Assembly (NCBI GenBank): GCA_022340805.1
Contig: JAJDNF010000086.1
Location: 28,895-92,894 of the forward strand
Direction: 5' to 3'
Length of the DNA stretch: 64,000 nt
From: Chromatiaceae bacterium
GTDB lineage: Bacteria > Pseudomonadota > Gammaproteobacteria > Chromatiales > Chromatiaceae
Shown: piece after piece, positions 26,853-36,196 of the stretch
Layout: each line of letters opens with the position of its first letter
Numbering within the stretch: position 1 is the first letter of the stretch
Program-made: the position numbers and the translations under genes
The notes under the pieces: generated by a model
Seen by the model: only the letters and a program-made list of their open reading frames with translations
What the model was told of the DNA's origin: nothing
Database searches by the model: none

Positions 26853-26999
26853 AACTCCTCATGTAGGTGGCGCAATCTGCGCGCCGGTACGCAGAGCGAC
26901 GCTAGCATGCAAGGAAAGCCACCGGCAATCCGACCGTTCCAAAACCACGGCCCGGCTCACAAACACCGGTCGCGCCGCGGGCATCAAGAGCGCGGTCCG

Positions 27000-27392
27000 C
27001 TATGACCCGACCGCCGGCGCGGGTGCCAACAGCGGGCGCAGGGCCGCCTCGACCTGCGCCTCGGAAATCGGCAAGGCGAGCTTGGCGAACAACGGGAAAC
27101 GGGCCTCGAGGATCGCCAGTTTCTCGGCCTGCTCTGGCAGGTAGAACACGACCACCTTGACCCCGGGGTGGCGCTGCAGCACCGCCATCAGGGTCTCGAG
27201 ATTGGACGTGCGGTCGCGAAAATCGGACTGAAAGATGTACTCGGCGACGATCACATCCGGCATCGCGCGTTTCAACTGGCTGCGGGCCTTGCGCTGTGAA
27301 TGCACCACCTCGACGCTGAAGCCGAGCCGCTGGTAGAGCGGCAGCAGATTCGGGTAGCCACCGAGCTCGATGATCGCCAGCAGTGACGGCAT
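27000..27392 (-). CDS. Single-domain receiver-like protein lacking the canonical Asp
   Basis: PDVIVAE at the phosphoacceptor position; CheY-like length and pattern; 1-nt gap to the upstream gene. Confidence 0.6.
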   Translation of the reverse strand: MPSLLAIIELGGYPNLLPLYQRLGFSVEVVHSQRKARSQLKRAMPDVIVAEYIFQSDFRDRTSNLETLMAVLQRHPGVKVVVFYLPEQAEKLAILEARFPLFAKLALPISEAQVEAALRPLLAPAPAVGS

Positions 27393-27393
27393 C

Positions 27394-28011
27394 CTAGCGG
27401 AACACCACCCAGGTGGTGGCGATATATTTCACCCCGGTGCGCAGCATTGCCGCGCGGTGCTCATGGGTCCAGAACGGCGGGAACACCACCATCTTGCCCT
27501 GCTCCGGCCTGACGCTCACGTCCTGGTACAGGAACTCGGTCTCGCCACCCGGCCCGGGCACGTCATTCAGGTACCACAGCACGACCAGCTGGCGCTGGCT
27601 GAACTCGTGGCTGCCGCCGTCGATATGCCAATGGTAGAACTCGCCCGGCAGATAGCGCTGGATCTGGTAGCCCATGTCCTTGAACGGGCCCTTGAAGAAC
27701 GGAAAGCTCTCGCGCAACTCCGACAGCGCCGCACCGACGCAGCGGTAGAACAGCTGGTCGATGTCTTTCCAGTCCTCGTGGCCGCTGACGACCAGGTCCA
27801 TGGTCCGCTTGATCTCGGTATCCAGTCCCTGCACCTGGCCGATCCGTCCCGGGTTCTGCTGCTCGGGATGGGTCTCGAAGCGCCGGATCATTTCCTCGCA
27901 CCAGTCAGCCGGGATGGTATTCGGCCGCTCGAAAATGAAGCTGCCTGGTTTCACCTCGCGAAAGGTCTTCAGCGGCGTGAAGTGGCGGTCGATCGGAAAC
28001 GGGTTTTGCAT
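27394..28011 (-). CDS. 2OG-Fe(II) oxygenase (prolyl-hydroxylase-like)
   Basis: YHWHIDG, WYLNDV..GGETEF, VFPPFWTHEH, KYIATTW. Confidence 0.88.
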   Translation of the reverse strand: MQNPFPIDRHFTPLKTFREVKPGSFIFERPNTIPADWCEEMIRRFETHPEQQNPGRIGQVQGLDTEIKRTMDLVVSGHEDWKDIDQLFYRCVGAALSELRESFPFFKGPFKDMGYQIQRYLPGEFYHWHIDGGSHEFSQRQLVVLWYLNDVPGPGGETEFLYQDVSVRPEQGKMVVFPPFWTHEHRAAMLRTGVKYIATTWVVFR

Positions 28012-28086
28012 GGTGCGGGGCAGCTTGTCGGCATGGTACGGGATACCGATTATCGGCCCTCGGACCGCCGACCGCAAAACCGCCGG

Positions 28087-29121
28087 CTACAGCACGCACC
28101 GTTCGGCCTCGGCCGCGATCGGCCGGGCCGCCTGCCCGGCATGGCGTTCGTGCAGTGCCAGCATGCGCCGGGCGAGATCACGCCAGTGGTCCTCGGCGCG
28201 CGCGACCAGGCGGGCGATGTCGCGCGTGTCTCCGGACGACAACCAGGCGTGATAGGCGGCCTCCAGCGACGGGAACAGCTGCCTGCGCATCGCGCCGAGA
28301 CTGGCGACGAAAAAGTGCAGCGAGGCCTCGTGCCCCCCTTCGATCAACATCGGCAGCGTATGGGTACAGTCTGCCAGGTGGTCACGCACCGCACGCGCCA
28401 TCAGCTCGGCCGGTGTCTGGCCGAGATCGAGCAGCATCGCGTCCCATTGGGCGCCAAGATCCAGACCGGCCTGGTATTCGCCGCGCTCGTGGGCCTCGAT
28501 CACCGCCATCTCGGCCGCGACCATCGCGTCCAGGGCCGCCTCGAGCGAGCTATCGAAGGGGTAACAGGCCGCCGCGCGGGCCATCGCGTTGTGCGCCCTG
28601 CTCCACAGCCAGGATTCGTACTTTTCCCACAGGTGACGACGCAGGGACTCGCGGCGCAGAAAGATGCTGGAGCCACGCGTCATCGCCGGCGGCGCGTTCA
28701 GGCAGCGTGCCAGCTCGCGGCCGCTGACGCGCAGCAGGAAACCGTTGTCGGCGCGCCTTTCGCCCTCGAGTTCGCCGAGGAAGAAGTGCGGTCGCGCACC
28801 ATCCACCAGGCCGGCGCTATAGACCAGGCCGTGCGGAGCGAGCGCGGTGTTGATCGCCTCGGCATCGAACGGGTCCATGGCCTGCCCGCCTATCGGCAGT
28901 TCGCGGAATTCCGCCTGCTCGAGTTGCTGCAGATGGGCCTCGCGTGCGGTCAGCCAGTCGCCAACCTCGTCTTTGCCGAGTGGAGTGCCCAGCGGCAGAC
29001 CGCGCTCCCAGCGGTATAGCTCGCGCATCTTCAGCAGGTAGGTACAGATCCCGTAATCGCCGCCGTGCCGCGCATCCACAATGTCGCAGTTGTGCCGGAC
29101 CGTTTCGATCAGTGCCTGCAT
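28087..29121 (-). CDS. Sfum_1244-like conserved protein
   Basis: NCDIVDARH, ICTYLLKMRELYRWE, PHFFLG, RAVRDHLADC; GGAGGA RBS. Confidence 0.75.
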   Translation of the reverse strand: MQALIETVRHNCDIVDARHGGDYGICTYLLKMRELYRWERGLPLGTPLGKDEVGDWLTAREAHLQQLEQAEFRELPIGGQAMDPFDAEAINTALAPHGLVYSAGLVDGARPHFFLGELEGERRADNGFLLRVSGRELARCLNAPPAMTRGSSIFLRRESLRRHLWEKYESWLWSRAHNAMARAAACYPFDSSLEAALDAMVAAEMAVIEAHERGEYQAGLDLGAQWDAMLLDLGQTPAELMARAVRDHLADCTHTLPMLIEGGHEASLHFFVASLGAMRRQLFPSLEAAYHAWLSSGDTRDIARLVARAEDHWRDLARRMLALHERHAGQAARPIAAEAERCVL

Positions 29122-29325
29122 AAGTCCTCCCGGCAAGCCTGGCGAAGCCGCTATTTCCAAGTAAAATACTCGACTACCCGGGGCAAGCCAATCGCTTTGA
29201 TCCGCGCGCTCGACCGCAGATCTTCGATCCGACAGGAACGCTTAAATCATGCCAGAAGCATGCCTATTCTGAGCCCTGTTCGTGGGATATTCCGGCCCAT
29301 TTAGCACCATGCAGGAGGGTTTGCT

Positions 29326-29886
29326 GTGGCGTTGAGAATCAAGAGCCGCTGGCACGATGACGGGGCCGAGCGTTCGCTGGAAGAGATTGCCGGGGCGCTG
29401 GCCTTCATCAGCTGGCGGATCGCCAAGGACAAGGCGATCAACCTGCATGGCCAGGACTTCGTCTACGAGAACGACCAACAGCGCTTCGCGGTGATCGTGG
29501 AATACCTCATCTTCCAACTGCAGATTATCGACCGCCTGGCCGCGACACAGTTGCAGCTTAGCGACGAGGATCGCCGGCAGATGGTGGTCGCGGTGGCCCG
29601 GCAGCTGGCCGCCCATCTGCACGACAACAGTGTCGACGTCTTTGGACCGGGCGACTATGTCGGTCCCTTCATTCGCAAGATGAACGAGCGCGGCGGCGAA
29701 TACGCGGAGTTCGGCTACACGACCGATGGACCCTCCTACCCGTTCATGCGCCACCTGGGTTACGAGATCCAGCAGATCATGGGCGCATCGCAGGAAAACC
29801 GCTGGGTGATCGACCAGGTGATGGACCGGGACGGGATCGAAATCGACCGCGAGATTAGGCGCTCGGTGAGCAACCTGTTCGAATGA
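29326..29886 (+). CDS. Hypothetical protein
   Basis: AGGAGG RBS, GTG start; RIKSRW, NRWVIDQVMD. Confidence 0.75.
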   Translation: MALRIKSRWHDDGAERSLEEIAGALAFISWRIAKDKAINLHGQDFVYENDQQRFAVIVEYLIFQLQIIDRLAATQLQLSDEDRRQMVVAVARQLAAHLHDNSVDVFGPGDYVGPFIRKMNERGGEYAEFGYTTDGPSYPFMRHLGYEIQQIMGASQENRWVIDQVMDRDGIEIDREIRRSVSNLFE

Positions 29887-29982
29887 GGACCGGACCGCGC
29901 GCTCGACGCTGCGCCCGCAAATCCCGGAGCGGGCGGGCCTGGTAGCCGTTTCCACCGGCGCCACGCCGCGGATTGCAGGCAT

Positions 29983-30011
29983 GAAAAAGGCGGGGATCGC
30001 CCGCCTTTTTC
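29983..30011. terminator. Bidirectional intrinsic terminator
   Basis: GAAAAAGGCGGG-GATCG-CCCGCCTTTTTC between convergent genes. Confidence 0.8.
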
Positions 30012-30033
30012 GTCTTGAGTAACGGAAAAGCGA

Positions 30034-30231
30034 TCAGCTCTTGACCCAGTCACCAAAGTTGTCGGTGGATTTTCCCTCACCGTCGCCGTAACCCGCCTCG
30101 TAGGCCTCGGTCACGCGCTGTTCTTCACGTTGCGGGTTGCCCAGAAAGCCTGCCTGCCAACCCTGGATGTATTCTTCGTCGACACCCATTTCTTCCATCT
30201 TGGTAACGGCATCGTAGTAGAACTGGTTCAT
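30034..30231 (-). CDS. Alvin_2107-like small sulfur-oxidation-associated protein
   Basis: 65 aa; YIQGWQAGFLGNPQREEQRVTEAYEAGY; family assignment from recall. Confidence 0.75.
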   Translation of the reverse strand: MNQFYYDAVTKMEEMGVDEEYIQGWQAGFLGNPQREEQRVTEAYEAGYGDGEGKSTDNFGDWVKS

Positions 30232-30369
30232 GTCCGGTCTCCGAATGTAGCCAACTTCTCTCGCCCCTTACGTCAGCCCACCCCGCATTTTGCACCTCTC
30301 GGCGCCTGCCCTGGGGGAGGACTGCTGCCGGACCTGCCCGGCACAGCGGCTCGTATCAAAAGGGGCATT

Positions 30370-30399
30370 AGAATACTCTGCTTTTCTAAAGGCTGACAA
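30370..30399 (-). promoter_or_regulatory. Sigma70-like promoter for the Alvin_2107-like gene
   Basis: Minus strand TTGTCA-N18-TATTCT. Confidence 0.55.
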
Positions 30400-30520
30400 G
30401 TCTCTTTTCCGACCGAGTGGGGCCGGCGGCGGGGTCGCCGGATTCCATTCGCGACCGGGGGGTTGACCTCAACAGCCCGGATTCCCATCCTTGCGCACTG
30501 CCGAAGCCGTAGGAGTCAGA

Positions 30521-31564
30521 ATGCGTCCCGCCCAATTGCTCACCATCCTCGATCGCGAGTTCGCCAGCACCCGACGAGGGCACCACACCCCGGTGATGCT
30601 GTGGGGCCCGCCCGGCGTCGGCAAGTCAGACATGATCCGCCAGACCGGCGAGCGGCACAGCGCGCCGGTGATCGACGTCCGCCTGTCGCAAATGGAGCCG
30701 AGCGACCTGCGCGGCATCCCGTTTCGCAACGGCGAATTCGTCGAGTGGGCAGCACCCGCGATCCTGCCCAACGCGCAGCGCCACGGCGAGCAGGGGATCC
30801 TGTTCCTCGACGAGATCACCTCGGCGCCACCCAGCGTCTCTGCGGCCGCGTACCAGCTGATTCTCGACCGCCGGCTGGGCGAGTACGAGGTCCCGCCCGG
30901 CTGGGCAATCTTTGCCGCCGGCAACCGCCAGGGCGACCGCGGGGTGACCTACACGATGCCGGCGCCGCTGGCCAACCGCTTTTCGCATTTCGACGTCGAC
31001 ACGCATCTGGATGACTGGGTAGCCTGGGCCTACCAGCACGACATCGACGAACGGGTGATCGCCTTTCTGCGCTTCCGCCCGGAACTGCTGTTCGATTTCG
31101 ACCCCGCCCACAACCCGGTGGCCTTCCCGTCGCCGCGCTCCTGGGAATTCGCCCATCGCAGCCTGCAGAAATTCGGCGACCACGCCGGGTTGCTGCAGGG
31201 TGCGTTGCAGGCCTGCGTCGGCCCGGCCGCCGGGATCGAGCTGACCGCGTTCGTCAACAGCCTCGACAAGATGCCCGACCTCGACGACATCGTCGCCGGC
31301 CGGGAGGTCCCGGTCCCAACCGAGATCGACCTGCAGTACGCGGTCGCCGCGGCGCTGGTCGGGCGCGCGATCCGCGCCCAGGAGACCGAGCAGGCGCTGG
31401 TCGTAACCGGGCGCATCCTGAACTACGCGACCGCTTTCCCGCAGCGCGAGATGGGCGTGATGCTGGTATCCGACCTGCACCGTGCAATCGGCGAGACACT
31501 GTTCCAGGTGCCCGAGTTCGCGACCTGGGCAAACGCCATCGCAGACGTGATGCTGTACGAATGA
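30521..31564 (+). CDS. MoxR-family AAA+ ATPase
   Basis: Walker A GPPGVGKS, Walker B LFLDE, AAGNR, PLANRF, PSPRSWE. Confidence 0.9.
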   Translation: MRPAQLLTILDREFASTRRGHHTPVMLWGPPGVGKSDMIRQTGERHSAPVIDVRLSQMEPSDLRGIPFRNGEFVEWAAPAILPNAQRHGEQGILFLDEITSAPPSVSAAAYQLILDRRLGEYEVPPGWAIFAAGNRQGDRGVTYTMPAPLANRFSHFDVDTHLDDWVAWAYQHDIDERVIAFLRFRPELLFDFDPAHNPVAFPSPRSWEFAHRSLQKFGDHAGLLQGALQACVGPAAGIELTAFVNSLDKMPDLDDIVAGREVPVPTEIDLQYAVAAALVGRAIRAQETEQALVVTGRILNYATAFPQREMGVMLVSDLHRAIGETLFQVPEFATWANAIADVMLYE

Positions 31565-31771
31565 CGCCGGTGAAAAAGCCGCAAACGGCGCAAAGACCGC
31601 GAACCAGCCGGACCAGACCCGGCCGGCTGTCTCGCACCGCCCCCGCCGGACTGGCTGACCCCGTGTACCAGCGTCGCAGCCCTTGCGCACGCCCAGCCCC
31701 GGGGTCCAGCGCACCCTTCGCGGTCGTTGCTGTTGGCCTTTCCAACCCCCACCCGGGTCAGACTGATACGC

Positions 31772-33118
31772 ATGGATCTTGAGGCCATCGAAACCAAGCT
31801 GACCGCCGCGCGCGCCAAGCTGATCCTCGACAAACCGTTTCTCGGTGCACTGGTGCTGCGCCTGCCGATGGCAGCGGCCGACCCAAACTGGTGCCCGACC
31901 ACCGCGACCGACGCGCGCAGGTTCTACTTCAACCCCGCTTACATAGACTCTCTGTCGATGTCGCAGACCCAGTTCATGCTGGCCCACGAGGCCCTGCACT
32001 GCGCCCTTTCGCACTTCGCCCGCCGCCAGCATCGCGCACAGCACCGCTGGGACCTCGCCTGCGACTTCGCGATCAACCCGCTACTCCTCGAAGACGGACT
32101 GACGCCGCCGCCGAACTGCAATGTGATGCCGCAATACCTCGGCATGACGGCCGAGGAAATCTACCCGCTGATCGACGAGAACGACGCGACCGAGACCCTC
32201 GATCAGCATCTCTTCGACCAGGACAATCAATCCGGCGGCGGCCAGCAGGGCAAGGCGCCCGACAAGCCGGACAGCCGGCAACAACAGTCCGGCAAGGGCG
32301 GTGACAATACCCAGCCCGACGACGATCAGGATCAGGGCGGCGACCGGCCGCTCGACCAGCGGTCACAGCAGCGCCAGGGACAGGGCGCCAGGCCTATGCA
32401 GGCAGATTCTGCGCAGTCGAACCAGGCGCAACGCGAAGGCGAACAAGACGGCCGCGGTGAACCCATCCCGCCGCCGCTCGGTGCCGACGAGCGCCAGACC
32501 CTGGAAGTACAGTGGCAGCAGCGCCTCGCCGGTGCCGCACAACAGGCCATGCAGGCCGGCAAGATGGGCGGGACCATGGCGCGCCTTGTCGATCACCTGC
32601 TGCAGCCACAGTTGCCATGGCGGATGATGCTGGCGCGCTACATGACCGCGATGGCGCGCGACGACTTCACCTATATGCGGCCGTCACGCCGCGAGGGTGA
32701 CGCGATCCTGCCCTCTCTGAAGAGTTCACAGGTGGAGATTGTCGTCGCCATCGATACCAGCGGCTCTATCCGGGCGAACGAAATGGACGAATTCCTGTCT
32801 GAAGTCTCGGCGCTCAAGGGCCAGATGCGCGCCCGGGTAACCCTGCTCGCCTGCGACACGAATCTGTCCGAGGGGGCGCCCTGGGTGTTCGAGCCCTGGG
32901 AAGAGTTTCGCTGCCCAGCCGCGATCCAGGGCGGAGGTGGTACGGACTTCCGTCCGGTGTTTGAATGGCTGGACACGCAGGGGCAACGCCCGGAACTGCT
33001 GGTCTATTTCACCGACGCACAGGGTCAGTTCCCACTCCGGGAGCCGGACTATCCGGTCATTTGGCTGGTAAAGGGCAAGGAAGCAGTGCCCTGGGGCCAG
33101 CGGGTTCAGTTGAACTGA
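31772..33118 (+). CDS. DUF2201-type HExxH metallopeptidase + C-terminal vWA-like domain
   Basis: TAATD-like TTATD, AHEALHC, MIDAS DTSGS, GGGGTDF, YFTDA. Confidence 0.88.
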   Translation: MDLEAIETKLTAARAKLILDKPFLGALVLRLPMAAADPNWCPTTATDARRFYFNPAYIDSLSMSQTQFMLAHEALHCALSHFARRQHRAQHRWDLACDFAINPLLLEDGLTPPPNCNVMPQYLGMTAEEIYPLIDENDATETLDQHLFDQDNQSGGGQQGKAPDKPDSRQQQSGKGGDNTQPDDDQDQGGDRPLDQRSQQRQGQGARPMQADSAQSNQAQREGEQDGRGEPIPPPLGADERQTLEVQWQQRLAGAAQQAMQAGKMGGTMARLVDHLLQPQLPWRMMLARYMTAMARDDFTYMRPSRREGDAILPSLKSSQVEIVVAIDTSGSIRANEMDEFLSEVSALKGQMRARVTLLACDTNLSEGAPWVFEPWEEFRCPAAIQGGGGTDFRPVFEWLDTQGQRPELLVYFTDAQGQFPLREPDYPVIWLVKGKEAVPWGQRVQLN

Positions 33119-33149
33119 ACAGAACCGTCGACAGATCAGAAAGACACGC

Positions 33150-34643
33150 ATGAGCAGTCCAAGAACCGCACCGACAACCCGATCCCTCGCCGCGCGTCTC
33201 GGACTGAGCGCGTTGCTGTTCCTGACACATTCACCAGCCGCACTGTCGCTGAACACCGATCTGCCCGACCTGGGCAACTCGGCCGGGAGCGTGATGTCCC
33301 CGAGGCAGGAACGCGAACTCGGCAAGGCCTTCATGCGCAGCGTGCGCAGTTCGCAAAAGGTCATGGACGACCCGCTGCTGACCGATTACCTGCAATTTCT
33401 AGGGCAGAAGCTGGTGAATTCCAGCGCCGGGCACGGCACACCCTTCTCGTTCTTCCTTATCGAAGACCCGCAGATCAACGCGTTTGCCGGTCCGGGTGGC
33501 TACATCGGCGTGTACACCGGCCTGCTGCTGACCACCGAGACCGAGAGCGAACTGGCCGCCGTATTGGCGCACGAGATCGCCCACGTCACCCAACAGCATC
33601 TGATGCGGACCTGGGAGTCCGCCAGCAACATGACCATCCCGAACGCGGCAATCCTGCTCGCCGCAGTGCTGCTCGGTGCCGCAGTGGGCGGTGATGCGGC
33701 GGCCGCGGCCGCCATCGGGGGCCAGGCCGCGCTGATCCAGCAGCAGATCAATTTTACCCGCGCCAACGAACAGGAGGCCGACCGGGTCGGCATCGAGACA
33801 CTGGCGCAAACCGGCTTCGAGCCGCGTGCAATGCCGTCGTTCTTTGATCGGATGGCAAAGGCCAACCGGGTCTACGCCAGCAAGCTGCCCGAGTTTCTGA
33901 TGACTCACCCGGTCACGACCAGCCGTACGGCCGATGCCATGGGCAGGGCCGAACAGTACCCGTACCGCCAGACCACCGGGGACCTGCGTTATCACCTGGC
34001 TCGCGTCAATCTGCTGCAGCGTCAGATAGACCGGCCGGAGGAGGCAGTTCGCGAGCTAAAACTGATGCTGGAAGACGGGCGCTTCCGCAATGAGGACGCG
34101 ATGCGCTATGGCATCGCACTCGCACAGATCCGCGCCAAGACCCTGGAAGCCCCCACCCAGGCGCTGGATCAACTGCTCAAATCCCACCCAAACACCGCGG
34201 AATTTATCGTCTCGCGGGCCGAGATCGATGCCCTCAAGGGCGATAACGCTGCGGCACTGCGGCGGCTCGAGGCCGGCCTCGCCGACAGCCCCGGCAGCTA
34301 CGCCCTCAACTTCACCTATGCCGAGACCGCGCTTGCCGCAGGCCAGCCAGCCAGCGCCGCGGAGAAATTACGGCGCTTCCTGGATTTCCACAGTGACGAA
34401 CCGCGTGCCTACCAACTGCTGGCTCGCGCCGCCGGCGACCAGGGAAAGCCCGCCCAGGGACATGAATACCTGGCCGAGTACTACTACCTGCTCGGCGACC
34501 TGAAGGGCGCGATCATGCAGCTTGAGATCGCCCTCAAGCGCGGTGAATTGAACTTTTACGACTCGTCGCGGCTCGAATCCCGACTGGCGGAACTCAAGGC
34601 CGAGCAGGATGACGAAGACGATAAGAAAAACACCAAGCCCTAG
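33150..34643 (+). CDS. bepA: M48 metalloprotease with TPR repeats (BepA/YfgC)
   Basis: LPDLG, INAFAGPGG, AHEIAHVTQ, EQEADR, FLMTHP. Confidence 0.88.
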   Translation: MSSPRTAPTTRSLAARLGLSALLFLTHSPAALSLNTDLPDLGNSAGSVMSPRQERELGKAFMRSVRSSQKVMDDPLLTDYLQFLGQKLVNSSAGHGTPFSFFLIEDPQINAFAGPGGYIGVYTGLLLTTETESELAAVLAHEIAHVTQQHLMRTWESASNMTIPNAAILLAAVLLGAAVGGDAAAAAAIGGQAALIQQQINFTRANEQEADRVGIETLAQTGFEPRAMPSFFDRMAKANRVYASKLPEFLMTHPVTTSRTADAMGRAEQYPYRQTTGDLRYHLARVNLLQRQIDRPEEAVRELKLMLEDGRFRNEDAMRYGIALAQIRAKTLEAPTQALDQLLKSHPNTAEFIVSRAEIDALKGDNAAALRRLEAGLADSPGSYALNFTYAETALAAGQPASAAEKLRRFLDFHSDEPRAYQLLARAAGDQGKPAQGHEYLAEYYYLLGDLKGAIMQLEIALKRGELNFYDSSRLESRLAELKAEQDDEDDKKNTKP

Positions 34644-34691
34644 TTTATTCCATCAGAATTTTGTGGTGGGGGCATAGGCCCGGTGAATTGC

Positions 34692-34719
34692 TTGCCAAAG
34701 TAAATCAATCCATTATGCT
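34692..34719 (+). promoter_or_regulatory. Sigma70-like promoter of the sox operon
   Basis: TTGCCA-N16-TATGCT. Confidence 0.55.
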
Positions 34720-34862
34720 AGCGGCTTAACCCCGGTTTGGGTTAACGAAAGGCTCCGAGCCCTCGCACCTCATGGGTGCCCCGAAGGCAATCGGAAGCCA
34801 TAAAAAAACGACCAAAGCTCTTGTAGCTCACCACGTTAGATACAGTGATAGGAGGAAAGGCG

Positions 34863-35234
34863 ATGCGGAAAACCGCAAGTTTCGCGACGACGGCTGTCTC
34901 CCTGGCCGCCCTGTTCGCCGGCGCAAGCATGATGCCGACGGCAGCAGGAGCTGCCGATGCGGACACCATTAAATACGGCAAGGAAGTCGCTTTCGATCGC
35001 AAGAAGGGTAACTGCCTCTCTTGCCACATGATCGCTGACGGTGAAAGCCCCGGAGACCTCGGCCCGCCGCTGATCGCGATGAAGGCCCGTTTCCCTGACC
35101 GCGAAAAGCTCCGCGCACAGATCTGGGATCCGATGATTGCCAACCCTGGCACGCGCATGCCGCCATTCGGCAAGTACCAGGCTCTGTCTGGCAAAGAGAT
35201 CGACGCGATTGTCGACTACCTCTACACCCTATAA
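34863..35234 (+). CDS. soxX: SoxX cytochrome c
   Basis: KGNCLSCH, GDLGPPL, MPPFG. Confidence 0.95.
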   Translation: MRKTASFATTAVSLAALFAGASMMPTAAGAADADTIKYGKEVAFDRKKGNCLSCHMIADGESPGDLGPPLIAMKARFPDREKLRAQIWDPMIANPGTRMPPFGKYQALSGKEIDAIVDYLYTL

Positions 35235-35278
35235 CAATCCACACATTTCAGTTCCGATAGTTCTTTAGGAGAAAGTTG

Positions 35279-35755
35279 ATGACCATGAACACCAAACGTC
35301 GGGTCTTTCTGAAAGGCTCCATGGCCGCAGGCAGCGTTGGGGTCGCCATCGGTGCCGGCCTGCTGGCCCCGCAGGCCGTTATTGCTGCGTGGAACGAGAA
35401 GGCATTCCAGGCCAAGAGCGTCGACGACGCACTGACCGCGACAATGGGCGCGGCCGCCAACACCGCATCCGACGCAATCAAGATCAAGGCGCCGGACATT
35501 GCGGAAAACGGTGCTGTGGTGCCGGTTTCGGTTTCGACCGACATGTCTGGGGTCGAGTCGATCGCGCTGCTCGCCGAAGGCAACAACACCCCGCTGGTTG
35601 CCACCTTCATGCTCGGCGCGGGTGCCATCCCCGACGTATCCACCCGTATCAAGATGGGCAAGACCAGCGATGTCATCGCGGTGGTCAAGGCAGGCGGCAA
35701 ACTGCACTCGGCGCGCAAGAGCGTCAAGGTCACCATCGGCGGCTGCGGCGGTTGA
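35279..35755 (+). CDS. soxY: SoxY sulfur carrier
   Basis: Tat RRVFLK; APDIAENG; C-terminal VTIGGCGG. Confidence 0.97.
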   Translation: MTMNTKRRVFLKGSMAAGSVGVAIGAGLLAPQAVIAAWNEKAFQAKSVDDALTATMGAAANTASDAIKIKAPDIAENGAVVPVSVSTDMSGVESIALLAEGNNTPLVATFMLGAGAIPDVSTRIKMGKTSDVIAVVKAGGKLHSARKSVKVTIGGCGG

Positions 35756-35807
35756 TCCAAACCCTTCAACTGGCAAGCAATAGCGAAAGATTTCGAGGTA
35801 ACGATAA

Positions 35808-36122
35808 ATGGCTAACAGCATCAAAATCCGCGCCAAAATCAAAGGCGACACGACCGAGGTCAAGTGCCTGATGACGCATCCGATGGAAACCGGCCTGCGC
35901 AAGGACAGCAAGACCGGCAAACTGGTCCCGGCGCACTTCATCAATGAGGTCATCGCAGAGGCCGGCGGCAAGCCCGTCATGACCGCAGAGTGGAGTGGCG
36001 GCATCTCCAAGAACCCCTACCTGTCGTTCTCCTTCACCGGTGCGGCCAAGGGCGACGAAGTGAAGATCACCTGGAAAGACAACCAGGGGGGATCCGATTC
36101 AGAAACCGCAAAGATCAGCTAA
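35808..36122 (+). CDS. soxZ: SoxZ
   Basis: HPMETG, PAHFI, SKNPY, WKDN. Confidence 0.97.
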   Translation: MANSIKIRAKIKGDTTEVKCLMTHPMETGLRKDSKTGKLVPAHFINEVIAEAGGKPVMTAEWSGGISKNPYLSFSFTGAAKGDEVKITWKDNQGGSDSETAKIS

Positions 36123-36196
36123 CGAAAGAGTTTCTGAAGAAGCCCCCGGCTGTCCGGGGTCTTCGTCGGATATCCACTGGGGAGGAGATAACATTT

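Noticed and set aside
30270-30320. c-di-GMP-I riboswitch in the Alvin_2107-like leader
   Set aside because: Has CAGGGCA and a GNRA loop but lacks GGCAAA, GACGCAAA and the tetraloop-receptor stem
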